In this document: piece by piece, positions 11,593 through 22,751 of the stretch
Layout: each line of letters opens with the position of its first letter
Position numbering within the stretch: the stretch's first letter is position 1
From: Pocillopora damicornis
Lineage: Eukaryota
Direction: 5' to 3'
Length of the DNA: 64,000 nt
Assembly (NCBI RefSeq): GCF_003704095.1
Contig: NW_020845694.1
Coordinates: 434,001-498,000 of the forward strand
Made by a program: the position numbers and the translations under genes
The notes under the pieces: generated by a model
Told to the model about the DNA's origin: nothing
Seen by the model: the letters and a program-made list of their open reading frames with translations, nothing else
Databases searched by the model: none

Positions 11593-12931
11593 TAATGCGG
11601 TTGTTAATGTGGGTAAAGCACGGTCTAAATACAGGGTACACCATAGTTTCAAGTGCTGCGACTTTCAAGTCATCGGAGAGATTGGGCAGAATTAATTCCC
11701 CATTTGACTCTCATGAAAAAGAAAAAACAAGATGAGGCGCAAAAGTTACATTTTGCACATTGATGTTTGAATGCCAGGATATGATACTGACTCATCATGT
11801 GCTCTTAGGTCTGTAAGAGATAAAACATAAAACAAATTGGTTTTTCAAGAGAAAATAAAAGGCGCCCTCACGCTGGGAATCGAACCGGCTAAGGCCGCGC
11901 CGTATCACTTTCTAGCAGTTGGCGTGAACTTAGAGGCGAGAGGCGAGGCCTACTACAAAACTTTTTTAGGCAGTTTGATTATTGCATAATGTACATTTAT
12001 ATCCGATGCAAAATGCAAAATATCAGGAAATTACTTCTACAATTATGTCGCCGCCTGCATGAGACAATTACCATTGTATACATTCATATTCTAGAAGTTT
12101 CAGGTTGACACTTACCCAATGAGCTCATGTTATCAACTAAGATAAAAAATTTAAACTATATTTGGGTGAACTTGAAAAAATTCGTTTAATTCATTCAACT
12201 TCCCTATGTTTATTGACAACCTAAGGTAAAATTTTTTAGTCGGCCTAGACTGCTCCAAGAAGGATCACCTTGCTTATATTGTCATCAACGTTGCTCAACC
12301 TTCGTCGACGAAATGAATTTTAGTCACGCCTCTATCAGAAACTAAATTCTGCCAGAATATAGAAGCGGCTATTTAGACTCGACGTATTCAGTGAGTAAAT
12401 TTAGCCGCTCTAATCAAGTGTTTACACACAAACTGCTTGCCCTCACAGGATGTTTACTTTCGTTGTGAGTTTCAGTTTTTCCGCAATGTATCCATGACAA
12501 CTCGACGAATCCGCTCCAGCAGTTTACAAATGAATTCAGGAAGGATTTGACTAAACAAACAGTGTGTGCGAAGTCTTATGCAACTGTAATATCTATCGTG
12601 TATCCATGTAATTGATGCGCAATCATTGTCACAAGCATTGGAATATAAAAAACCAGAAATAAACCTTGCGATAAAAGTATCGTTAGAGCAAGATTTTCTT
12701 TGCTTAAGCAAGTTTATTGTGTTGATTTAGACACTTCTTTGTTGCTCATGTATATGATGCTGGTGTCGTCGAACAATTTCAACAATGTTTAATGCGCTTC
12801 AGTGAGAGTATTACAATAGATGTTGTTTCGAGAATCGCCCATAGAACGAAATGCCACCTTCTTACCCAAAACCTTGGTATGACAGTGATTATGGCTAAAA
12901 CCCAAAGAAGGAAAATTGTAAGTATTACAAT
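11593..12931. repeat. Direct tandem duplication of 9543-11010
   Basis: Colinear from TAATGC(A/G)GTTGTT to GGAAAATTG(G/T)AAGTATTA, with an internal deletion of about 110 bp; includes a truncated tRNA-Glu relic at 11865-11902. Confidence 0.9.
12472..12931 (-). pseudogene. Truncated class A GPCR pseudogene (TM4 to C-terminus only)
   Basis: ILTIFLLWVLAIITVIPRFWVRRWHFVLWAIL..., near-identical to the 3' half of the 10542-11455 pseudogene; 5' half absent. Confidence 0.82.
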
Positions 12932-13504
12932 TGAGTATTCAGTACAAGCTATACTCCAGGAGAAGCAAACTAAAATCCTGTAAGATTTGATTAGAATTTC
13001 GGATACGGCTTTATTTTCTAGAAAATCGGACATCCCAGCGGATAATACTACATGCTTTCCCTCATTCCATGAAACAGGATGAAAAAAACTGACCATCTTA
13101 GCTGGTCCGTTTCCTGACGTCTTCAGGGCCAAAATCTTAATATGTGAGCTAAATCAATATCTTCCACGGCTCACAGTGTTCCCATTCGTTAATAAAACGG
13201 TCGGGAACCGCTGACTCAAACAAATGTTATCTAAAGTTTAACTGATGAAACCTGGGTGATGAAATTAATTTTACAAAATTTTAAGAACGCTTTGTTTAAC
13301 TTTTGATATCAATGGCACTTGCTGTGATACATGGCCTTCGGTGACTCTTAAGAGATTGCAAGACTTAACCATCGATCGCTAGTATCTGATTACTTATTTT
13401 TTTATTTTTTTTTTTACACTTGGAGTAAACCGTCTTCAGTGTTGGTCAAAAATATCTCGGAACTGAATGTGGAACACAGCTGGCGTTAAATTAGAAATAG
13501 AAAT

Positions 13505-13710
13505 TTAAAAAATCAGCCGTCGTCGTTCACGTTTTCCAGACAACGCAAAGTTTGGCCATTTCACGATGTTGTTTTGCTGAGGGCGCTAAGAAATTTATAA
13601 AGATTTATAACGCACGTGCAGAGCCATTGTTCTGCTCATTGAACCTTTTGTTTGGTGACGTTCCCGTTGCCGTTGCCGTTGCCATCGTGGTTTTCTTAAA
13701 CTTTCTAATA
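13505..13710. repeat. Interspersed MITE-like repeat end
   Basis: TCAGCCGTCGTCGTTCACGTTTTCCAGACAACGCAAA...GTTGCCGTTGCCGTTGCCATCGTGGTTTTCTTAAACT, a motif typical of abundant coral repeats (recognition only). Confidence 0.55.
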
Positions 13711-14647
13711 CGAGACTTAAAGCGCCGTCAGGTGGGAAAATTGGTTTCTGGCGTCGTATATAAACTGTGTCCGGTATTCTCTCAAGATTAGACAGGTAGC
13801 CACGCCTATTGAAATCGAACTACGAGATGAGTGACTCAGAAAGGAGGAAACATGATGAAATTTTTGTTAAGGAGGCGATCAGTTTAACAACACAAACGTT
13901 ATTTCAAGTTTTTTTTTTAATACTTCAACCCAGTAATGAACCTTTTTTAAGCTTAAAAACTTAAAAAAGGCCAAGTCATCACTTAAAGTTCAAAAGGGGG
14001 AGCTGGTGTTATTGAATTCCTCTAAGAACATCTGTTCGTGTTATTTGTTACAGTATAATTTAACCAACAGAAAGAACTGTAACCAACGCACCAGCAATAA
14101 ATTTAAGAGGGGTTTAATTTCCTGACAACTCCACCGAACTCTTCTTATTTACAAGCCATTGCCAGTAGTTTCTAAGTGAAGCATTACGAACATGATGCAT
14201 CAAGAACGGAACGACTAATTACAAGATTGGAAATAATACAGGAAATTCAAATAACACGAAATATGTACAACGGAACGAAAGAGCAATTTATCTGACGATT
14301 TTGAGTACGGCTGGCATAAGAACGATTACCTTTTAACTCGAGCTCAAACCTTTTTTATTTGCATGATCCGCGCAAAAGTCAAATCTATATGGATAGCCGC
14401 GCGGACTGAAGCTAAGAGGGGATTGCTTTCTACGAGAACACTTTACTCCTATAAACTCAGTTACTTTATTAAACAAGTTATAATATTCTACCTAGGGAGC
14501 AATTCCGAGACGCAATACAGTAGTTATCCTCAATCAGGATAAAGATATTTTGGGACGATACAATGAATGCTATTTTCTGTCAGATGAAGATTTTCAAAGG
14601 GAGTCCTGGTGCTCATCGTATCATTTCATATGATTATAAGAAAATTG

Positions 14648-15335
14648 AAGAGATCAAAAGAATCCCAAGAAATAAAAACTGTTGCACAGCAAGAATTAGT
14701 TTTTCAAGGAAGATAAATTTCTGAAATTTGTTTTTATGTACAAAGTGCCAGAAAAAAATTCCATAGTCGACAAACATACCTTGTAAGCACCATGCAATTA
14801 CCGTTAACTAGATGAAGGTTACCTGTGTAGAACCATTACGGCCTGGAAGAAAACTTTCCTGATCAAATTTTTTTTACAAAATTGAAATAATTCTTTACTT
14901 AATTTTAATATATTAAGCAGTTGCCCAAAATACATTTAATAACTCCCAGGAGATCGGAGGATCTCACGATCGCCAGTAATTGTTTTTTTTTTCTTTAACC
15001 GTGATCTAACCATCACCGTAGTTTTAACATCCCTTTGGTTGATTTTTTATGTTACAATACTTGAAAGAGAGGTTTCCTTTTCAGGCCTTTAACTACAGTA
15101 CGGTTTTTGGAAATCGCGACCATATTGCGGGGTGTGCAATTTTCAGTTTAACATCCCCACTTAAAGCAATACTTCCCACGGTTAGGTGCACTAGTGGTTA
15201 GGATTCGGCGCTTTCACCGCTGCGGCCCGGGTTCGACTCCCGGCGTAGGAATGGTTTTCTAACTTTCTCTCCCCGTTCTCTTTCGACTTTTAGTAACCTT
15301 ATTTCTATAACCAGATTGGTCTCAGTAAATCGACG
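14648..15335 (+). repeat. Segmental duplication copy 2 (partner 4020-4685)
   Basis: Colinear with 4020-4685, including the tRNA and its flanks. Confidence 0.9.
15174..15251 (+). pseudogene. tRNA-Glu (TTC) pseudogene
   Basis: TCCCACG-GTTAGGTGCA-CTAGTGG...CTTTCAC...CGGCGTAGGAA: a net 6-nt insertion at the acceptor/D junction disrupts the A box, plus an acceptor-stem mismatch. Confidence 0.75.
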
Positions 15336-16164
15336 CCAATGATAGACAGTGTCTGGTATTATGGTACTCATCTTTTCGTACGATTATAAGTTTACATTAA
15401 AATGCAAATTAAACTCATTTTCATACGATTAAAACACGACATGTGTTCGAAAATAAAAATTCTATCTATAGGTCATATTTATTCATGAGTCAATATAGAG
15501 AACTATTCCGTTTCTATTTGCTCGAACTTATCCATCATGAATTCATCAGGCGCGGTAACATGCTTTTNNNNNNNNNNNNNNNNNNNNNNNNNNNNNNNNN
15601 NNNNNNNNNNNNNNNNNNNNNNNNNNNNNNNNNNNNNNNNNNNNNNNNNNNNNNNNNNNNNNNNNNNGAATTACCAATGAGAAGTTGGGCGTTAAAGGGT
15701 TAATGACGGTTTATCTAAACATGTGTTGCTGGTGTGAATTGAGTATTATATACTTGGATAAAGATTGCCTCTGATCCACATCATGACTGAATTTTGTAAA
15801 GTCTTAATTTCTTAATCGGAATACAATGTCTTTTAATATATATTTGGTACAAACCACCAGCTGTTGCTGAAGATTTAAATTGCAAAAGAGCACTACTTTA
15901 TGAATAAGGTACATTAATATTTCCATGAAGAATTGTTTACATATTTGCCGAAATTAAAGATTTGAGACTTCCTTTCAATTTATATTTGTCACCCTTCAGT
16001 TTCTACAGCACAGGAAACAGTCAAAATCTGATTGGTTTTTTTTTTAACAAACAAGTTAAACCTATTTTAACTGTCGATCAGTTTCTTTTTGAACTTTGAC
16101 AGTGTACTAATATTTAAAAAGCGTGTTAAATCAATTTTCTGAGAATTGTTGAAAGTCCCATACC

Positions 16165-17091
16165 ATGAACGAAACACTAACTTGCTCCTTTTTGGACATC
16201 GATTTGGATCAGACGATAGACACGCACGCGGCCAACTTCGCTACATGTGTCCTAAATTCTATTTTTTCCTTGATTACAATCACGGGAAATTTCATTATTC
16301 TAAATGCAATTTGGAAAAACCGAGAACTGCATTCGCCATCGTTCGTCCTTTTGTTTTTTCTCGCTTTATCGGATCTTCTCGTTGGACTCATTTGCCAGCC
16401 ATCTTTCGTCGCGTTTAAGATCGCTGAACTTAGAAGAGACTTCAGCTGCTACTGCATCTCGAGAATGATTCAGAGTATATCTGGATGGACAACCACTGGT
16501 GCGTCTCTGCTAACTCTAAGTGCAGTTTCATTGGATCGATTATTGTCTTTGACTCTTCATTTACGATACAACACAATCGTAACAGTTCCTCGTGCGTTTG
16601 GTGCTTGCGTCTTTCTCTGGTTCTTTGTCGTCACAGTTATGATGTTGAGGTTCACTATGACCAACTGGATAATTCTCCCTTTGATCATATTACTGACAAC
16701 ATTTCTCGTCACAGCGCTGAGCACCTTAAAAATATTCATGATTGTGCGCAGACATCTTTGCCAGATCAAGCAACTTCAACGAAATCTAAACACTTCTCAA
16801 ACGGAAACAGTCCAAGTACTTAAGTGTCGAAAATCTGTAGTGACTGTGCTTTACGTTTACGGTCTGTTTTGGATTTTTTATGTTCCTTTTTGTGTAACAA
16901 TGCTTATGGATTCAGCCGAGGGATACACGCTGACAGTAAAAATCGTATATGACTACGTGGGGACTATAGTTTTTCTCAATTCGTTTTTTAATCCAATTGT
17001 GTACTGTTGGCGCATCAGGGAGATACGAAATGCCGTAAAGAGCTTACTTCGAAAACGCGTCCTCTTAGAAAATAACACTCGAGGCAAGTGA
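16165..17091 (+). CDS. Single-exon orphan class A GPCR (melanocortin/adenosine receptor-like), 308 aa
   Basis: Seven hydrophobic segments; GN (TM1), LALSD (TM2), SLDRL (TM3), FYVP (TM6), NPIVY (TM7), helix 8. Confidence 0.95.
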   Translation: MNETLTCSFLDIDLDQTIDTHAANFATCVLNSIFSLITITGNFIILNAIWKNRELHSPSFVLLFFLALSDLLVGLICQPSFVAFKIAELRRDFSCYCISRMIQSISGWTTTGASLLTLSAVSLDRLLSLTLHLRYNTIVTVPRAFGACVFLWFFVVTVMMLRFTMTNWIILPLIILLTTFLVTALSTLKIFMIVRRHLCQIKQLQRNLNTSQTETVQVLKCRKSVVTVLYVYGLFWIFYVPFCVTMLMDSAEGYTLTVKIVYDYVGTIVFLNSFFNPIVYCWRIREIRNAVKSLLRKRVLLENNTRGK

Positions 17092-18479
17092 CTTTGGTGA
17101 CTTTACAAGGGAAGTTTTCCCTCAGCTTTGTTACATCAAACTAATGCATTATTAGTACGAAACGCGACGCGGACATGTGAATTTTGTTTAAATTTTAAAC
17201 ATTTCTGAAACATCTCCATGTTTTATTGACAGCTGGACGATAATTTCACACATCCGGTAATTAACTTGACTGGTCTTGTCGCCATAACACAATTTAAGGC
17301 TCGTGTCGTCAAAAGTTCTTATGACCAATATTGATCTATATGTAAATGTCGTTGTTGCACGCAAATAGCATTTGTAACTTTACATGATACAGATGGTATT
17401 TATGATGGGGAAACATTGACCTTTTCATTTTTTAAAAATAATTGTTTGATTTGAGATAGGTTTCTGCGCTCTAAATGTTTATCTCATTGATTTGTTCTGC
17501 CATACGGTTTTGGCTTTTTCGATACCTTAAATAGGCCGTTTTCTCTTTGTTGTCTCTTTTAAGAGATATTTATTAATTACAACCAGTTTTTCGTTTTTAA
17601 TAATTATTTTGGCCGCTTTTCGGTTCAGTTTCTGATGGCTTACTTTGTTTGTTCCTTCCTCATTTCTTAGAAATTAAGAATTGATCACGATGTCCATTTT
17701 TCAACCTTGTGCCCTTCACCAACAGAAACACAATTTTAAGTCAGTCCGCAAGCAACCATTACCCTTTTTTTAAGTAAATTATTCTTCCAAAGAATTACGT
17801 AATCATTTCAATTCTCAGTTGGTTTTTTTAAAGTATATTTTCCATGCTAAAGGGAAATATTATTGTTAGAGTTTTAATTTGTTTGCTGTAAAATCCTTTT
17901 AACTTGAAAGTGAATGATATCGTCATTAAAATTTTCTTCTGTCTTGAAAGTGAAAGATACCATCATTATTGGTTTTCACGACAAGAGGCAGACTCGAGCG
18001 AAAGAAGCCGCTCAAACTGCTTTTTTTTTACAGACAGTAGTAATATCCGACAGTTTCCAACATGACATATATGCAAATGTAGGTGACAGTGAATTCATTA
18101 GTTCACGGGGCATTATCAGCGAGAGAACATTGTGAAAGCAGGTGTCTATTTTTGTGGTAGCATCTCAAAGAAACGAAGCTAAAAACGTTAACATGTTGTT
18201 GCAAGTTTATGAAACACTGAAAGCACTATCTCAACCACGAACACATGGGGAGCTCTTTCATTGATAACTGTAATTGAATCCGATCCCCAAGAATGTTATG
18301 CGATTCTTTTTGCAAATGATTTCTGAGAAAAACATTCTCGGTAGAAATATTAATTTTTATGATTCTACTTTAACAACGTAATCAACTTCCCAATTCGTTG
18401 GAGCTTGTTTTTGGAAACAGATGAATTATTATAGGTTTATCACTCGCTGTGTTTCTTAAAAGTTATGATTATTGAGACT

Positions 18480-18730
18480 ACCACATTGAAATAATTGTGT
18501 TGAGAGGCCGTCTCGAAATTGTTAGTAAACGATGTCCCATACGTCAGCAGTGCATTCATCCAAATGTGAAGCACTTGGGAAGTTTCCGGAGCTTTCAAAA
18601 AACTGGAGTTGCTCTCTGCAAAGCCTTTGGAAACTCTGGGGCAACTTTCGTGCTCTCCAAACTTCCCACAAGGTATATTTGAAACCTGGAGATTCTTTTT
18701 CATCGTTTGATAACGCTTTGATAAAACGTA
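18480..18730. repeat. Interspersed repeat with internal inverted repeats
   Basis: TGGGAAGTTTCCGGAGC ... GCTCTCCAAACTTCCCA and GAGTTGCTCT ... GGGGCAACTT form inverted pairs. Confidence 0.55.
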
Positions 18731-19685
18731 CCTGCCGATCCAATTTGAACTGTTTGTATATTTTTGTAAATGCACAAATATTTAACCTTCTACTGGCCCC
18801 AATGCTTTTCCCTACTTACAAGGTTTTATTTCTTTTTTGTAAGAGAAACTATAATAGCAATGTAAATTTAGTTACGTACGTGGATGATAAATGTAAAGGA
18901 AAACATACATTGAAAAGAGAAATGAAACAACTTCACAGTTTTGTGTCTTAAATTCTCAAATTCACTCTTACAACCCGTGTCTATAAGTATTTCACGAAAC
19001 TAAAAGGGTTTTACCATCAAGAAAGGTTTAATTCTAAAATAATAACTGCACCCAACGGCGAAAAAGGTTTATTTTTCTTTTCCACTTACTCTTTTTCAAA
19101 GCAACTCAAAGCGACAAGCGGGCTTGAATTTATTCAGCTTCACCCTATTTCTGTAGTTTGTTTGCTCAGTTGTTAGGCATATAGAGTAAATAGATAACTT
19201 GTCCAAGTTTTGTTGAAATATCCTCAGACACCTGCCTAAATGCTCGATAAAAATAACATCGGTTAAATGAAAGTTTAATTTTTTTCATGCCTGTAAATAT
19301 TTAATAACGACGGAATAGGTTATCTGAGCCTTTGAGCTCTTCAGTGGAATATATTGCAAATCAACAACCGAATACATAATCTAATTGAAAGGAAACTCGA
19401 CAGGCAACATATATTTTGAATGTTAATATGGGGTGATACAGATGTTTTTTCGGTGTCAGATGAAAGGTATTTATTTACAGGCACCAGGGGCCTATGCAGG
19501 CGCACAATGGTCCAGGGCGGCGAAAATGACATCGCACCGAAATATTGATCAACATAAGGTACCGAACTCGACTGAAACAAAAAGATTTATTACTAGGAGG
19601 TCCAAACCCAAGGTACAAATTCGTCATTCATTACAGCTAAGCCTTGCCAAGTGGTCTCTGACTCGATAGCGACGGCGGATTCGCC

Positions 19686-20621
19686 ATGTTTACAGCCAAC
19701 TTAACATGTTTTTTCTTTGAAGTTAAATGGGAGCTAGATGAAGAAGAAAAAACAGCAAGTGTGGTGTTGTGTATTTTATGCGCGCTGTTTGCAATAACTG
19801 CCATATCAGGAAATGGCATCGTATTGTTCATTATATGGAAAACACAAGAGCTTCATTCACCATCTTTCATTTTGTTGTTTTGCTTGGCCATGTCTGATCT
19901 TCTTGTGGGATTGGTTGGACAGCCATCCTTCGTTGCTTACAAGATAGCGGAGAGCCTCGAATCTTTCAGCGCGTATTGTAACCTGCGACTGATTCAGTTC
20001 TTTTGTGGGTGGATAAGTTCTAGCGTGTCCTTTATAACTGTTAGTGGCATCTCTGTCGACAGACTTCTTGCTTTACATCTTCACTTGCGATACAAAAGCA
20101 TCATTACAGTCCGACGTGTGATAACCGCAATAATAATCGTTTGGCTGGTTTGCTCGTTGGCAACCACACTAAAGCTTTGGGTGCAAAACTGGATCATTAT
20201 TGCGATTATTGGTAAATTATCGGCCATAACAACAACTGCCTTTTGCACAGGTAAAATTTTTCGTATCGCTCGAGGGCACGAACGTCAAATCACTGGACAA
20301 AATAATATAGTAACTGGTTGCTCAATCCGAACTAAGGATATTAACATACGTGCATGTAAAAAGTCTGCCACGACAGTAATTTATGTCTTTAGCTGGATGT
20401 TGATGTTTTATCTTCCTTTCCTCGTCGTTATGGCTATGGAAATGATCAAAGGCGATGAAAAGGTAGTTAAAATCGCTTACGAGTGGGCCTCACTGCTTGT
20501 TTTTATAAACTCTTCAGTAAATCCCGTTATCTACTGTTGGAGAATGGAACAGATTCGACTTCGCATTAAGACCTTATTTAAAAGAAAAGCTTCATCCAAT
20601 AAAATCCATTCCGTCAGTTGA
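19686..20621 (+). CDS. Single-exon orphan class A GPCR, 311 aa
   Basis: 7TM; GNGIV, LAMSD, SVDRL, FYLP, NPVIY; good Kozak context GCCATG. Confidence 0.95.
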   Translation: MFTANLTCFFFEVKWELDEEEKTASVVLCILCALFAITAISGNGIVLFIIWKTQELHSPSFILLFCLAMSDLLVGLVGQPSFVAYKIAESLESFSAYCNLRLIQFFCGWISSSVSFITVSGISVDRLLALHLHLRYKSIITVRRVITAIIIVWLVCSLATTLKLWVQNWIIIAIIGKLSAITTTAFCTGKIFRIARGHERQITGQNNIVTGCSIRTKDINIRACKKSATTVIYVFSWMLMFYLPFLVVMAMEMIKGDEKVVKIAYEWASLLVFINSSVNPVIYCWRMEQIRLRIKTLFKRKASSNKIHSVS

Positions 20622-21022
20622 TAAAGTCCTGATAAAACACATAGATGTTTTGTGAATATCAACACTTTACGCCTTAATTACTCTTTTTAGAGATGATGTG
20701 AACATATTCAAGTCTTGAAGTAAATAGACTTAATAAATAAAGAACTGATAAAAAGAAAAAAATTAAAGGAAAGAAAAATAAATTATTATAGAAATAAATA
20801 AATTGATAAACACTGCTCTTTTCCTGGTCCTTATCAGTTCGCCTATATCACGTTTTGAAAAAGCTTCGTCTCTATCATATGTTCTAGGTCAAAACCTTTG
20901 TTAGGAACTCAGTTACAGCCGCTTTTTAGCGTTTCCAACGCAACTAGATTATCTCTGACGCGATCATTCCGGTTTTCTTTTTCGAAAAGGAAAAACCAGA
21001 GAAAAAGGTTGCTTAATTTATT

Positions 21023-21315
21023 ATTTTCTACCGTGGTAGTTCAGATCGGCAAAGAAACAAGAGAGACGTAGTTGGGATTACGTAATAGTTTGTATTCGCC
21101 TTTTGTCTTTGAGGTTGACAAGTCTTGAATATTTCATTCAAAAATTGTAGTCCTTGTCAATGAAAAGCTTTAGGTCAGGATCTCTCCACTTTAACTGGTT
21201 TTCATTTCATCTTCGACGCATCCTTCGCTGAAGGCCCGGACAGCAATGACATCTACACGTATGTATATCGGTGAATTCATAGAAAACGTCACCGATGCTG
21301 TCACACATACACAGG
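21023..21315 (+). repeat. Diverged dispersed repeat (partner 27732-27912)
   Basis: TATTTTCTACCGTGG, GACAAG(T/G)CTTGAATAT and AACGTCA(CC/GT)GATG(C/G)TGTC occur in the same order at both sites. Confidence 0.6.
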
Positions 21316-21827
21316 CGCGTATATTTGATTCCCGAGTCAAAAACGAAAAAGACTGATAATTAATGGGTAAGGAGTAGTTAATTGAAAAACGAGATGGCAG
21401 AGTTAAAGCAGAGTCGAAAGGCTGTAAATTATTTTCTTTCTGGGCAGCGTAACGCAGGAAATGTAAAGTTAACCGAAAAATTGTTTGCTTTCCACGGTAT
21501 TGGCTGACATTCAGTCGTTCTCATTTCATACACGAAAATACATTGAAAAAAGCTCAGTTGTTCTCTTTTTGATGAAGCGCTAGGTCTGTCCAATTTAAAC
21601 TGCCAGAACTGTTTCCGTGCCGAAGAAAAGTTGACATTTTCAAGAAGTATTTGTTCCTTAGTGATGTTTTTACCATTTACAAAAACAAATGTTTTGATCG
21701 TCACTTTCTGAGTTGTATAACTACTAATTGCAAGACGTGTGTATAAATTATGTATTTCTATCAGTATATAGCTTCATATTTTTCTTGTGAAGTCCCAGCT
21801 TGTATCAGTGTCACGTTCGCCCTCGTC

Positions 21828-22751
21828 ATGAACAAAACGTATTCAAATTGTTTCTTTTTGGATATTAACTTGGAAAAAAGCAAAGAAACCATAACTGCAA
21901 GCATCCTCACTTGTATTTTTAACGCGGTGTTTTCATTAATCACATCTACAGGGAATTTTATCATTCTTCGTGTCATCTGGAAAACTCAGGAGCTTCATTC
22001 GCCGTCCTTTATGCTTTTGCTTTGTCTTTCTGCCTCCGATCTCCTGGTCGGACTGATTTGTCAGCCGTTTTATGTGGCTTATCAGATCTCAGAGCTTTCA
22101 GATAACTACGGGGCTTACTGCATCCTGAGAATGACTCAAAATATATCTAGCTGGACAACGGCTGGTGTATCTTTGCTGATTTTGAGCTGTGTCTCCGTTG
22201 ATCGACTTCTTGCTTTGACTCTTCATCTAAGATACAGGACAATTGTGACTGTTCACCGTGTGCTTTTTGTCGCGTGTTTTCTCTGGACAGGTTGTATAAC
22301 TGCGGTTTTGTTAAAGGTTTGGATAAGAAATTGGATCATCATTCCTTTAGTGGTGTTATTGATTTCATTCCTGGTTACAGCTGCAAGCACGTTCCAGATA
22401 GTACAAATTGTTCGCAAGCACCAGCGACAGATAAAACAGCAGCAACGAAACATCCAAATGAACACAGTGAATGCACTCAAATGTAGAAGATCTGCCGTGA
22501 CTGCACTCTATATATATGGCTTGTTCCTGTTTTTCTATGTCCCATTTTGCTCGACCTTGTTCGCAGAGGCACTATTTGGGTACACCTTAAAGGTGAAGAT
22601 TGCCTATGACTACACTACAACTGCTGTATTTGTTAACTCCAGTTTGAATCCATTTCTTTACTGCTGGAGAATTAAGGAGATACGCCATGCTGTTAAAACT
22701 GCTCTCAAGGGAAACTCGGGAAAATATCAGGGGGAATTGCCGTCAAAGTAA
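21828..22751 (+). CDS. Single-exon orphan class A GPCR (307 aa from MNKTYS; an upstream in-frame ATG at 21750 gives 333 aa)
   Basis: 7TM; GNFII, LSASD, SVDRL, FYVP, NPFLY; the 21828 start aligns with paralog N-termini. Confidence 0.93.
   Translation: MNKTYSNCFFLDINLEKSKETITASILTCIFNAVFSLITSTGNFIILRVIWKTQELHSPSFMLLLCLSASDLLVGLICQPFYVAYQISELSDNYGAYCILRMTQNISSWTTAGVSLLILSCVSVDRLLALTLHLRYRTIVTVHRVLFVACFLWTGCITAVLLKVWIRNWIIIPLVVLLISFLVTAASTFQIVQIVRKHQRQIKQQQRNIQMNTVNALKCRRSAVTALYIYGLFLFFYVPFCSTLFAEALFGYTLKVKIAYDYTTTAVFVNSSLNPFLYCWRIKEIRHAVKTALKGNSGKYQGELPSK

Noticed and set aside
13095-13132. Minus-strand CTGAAGA-CGTCAG-GAAA hammerhead-like motif
   Set aside because: No U-H cleavage triplet pairing with the GAAA adenine and no stem I.
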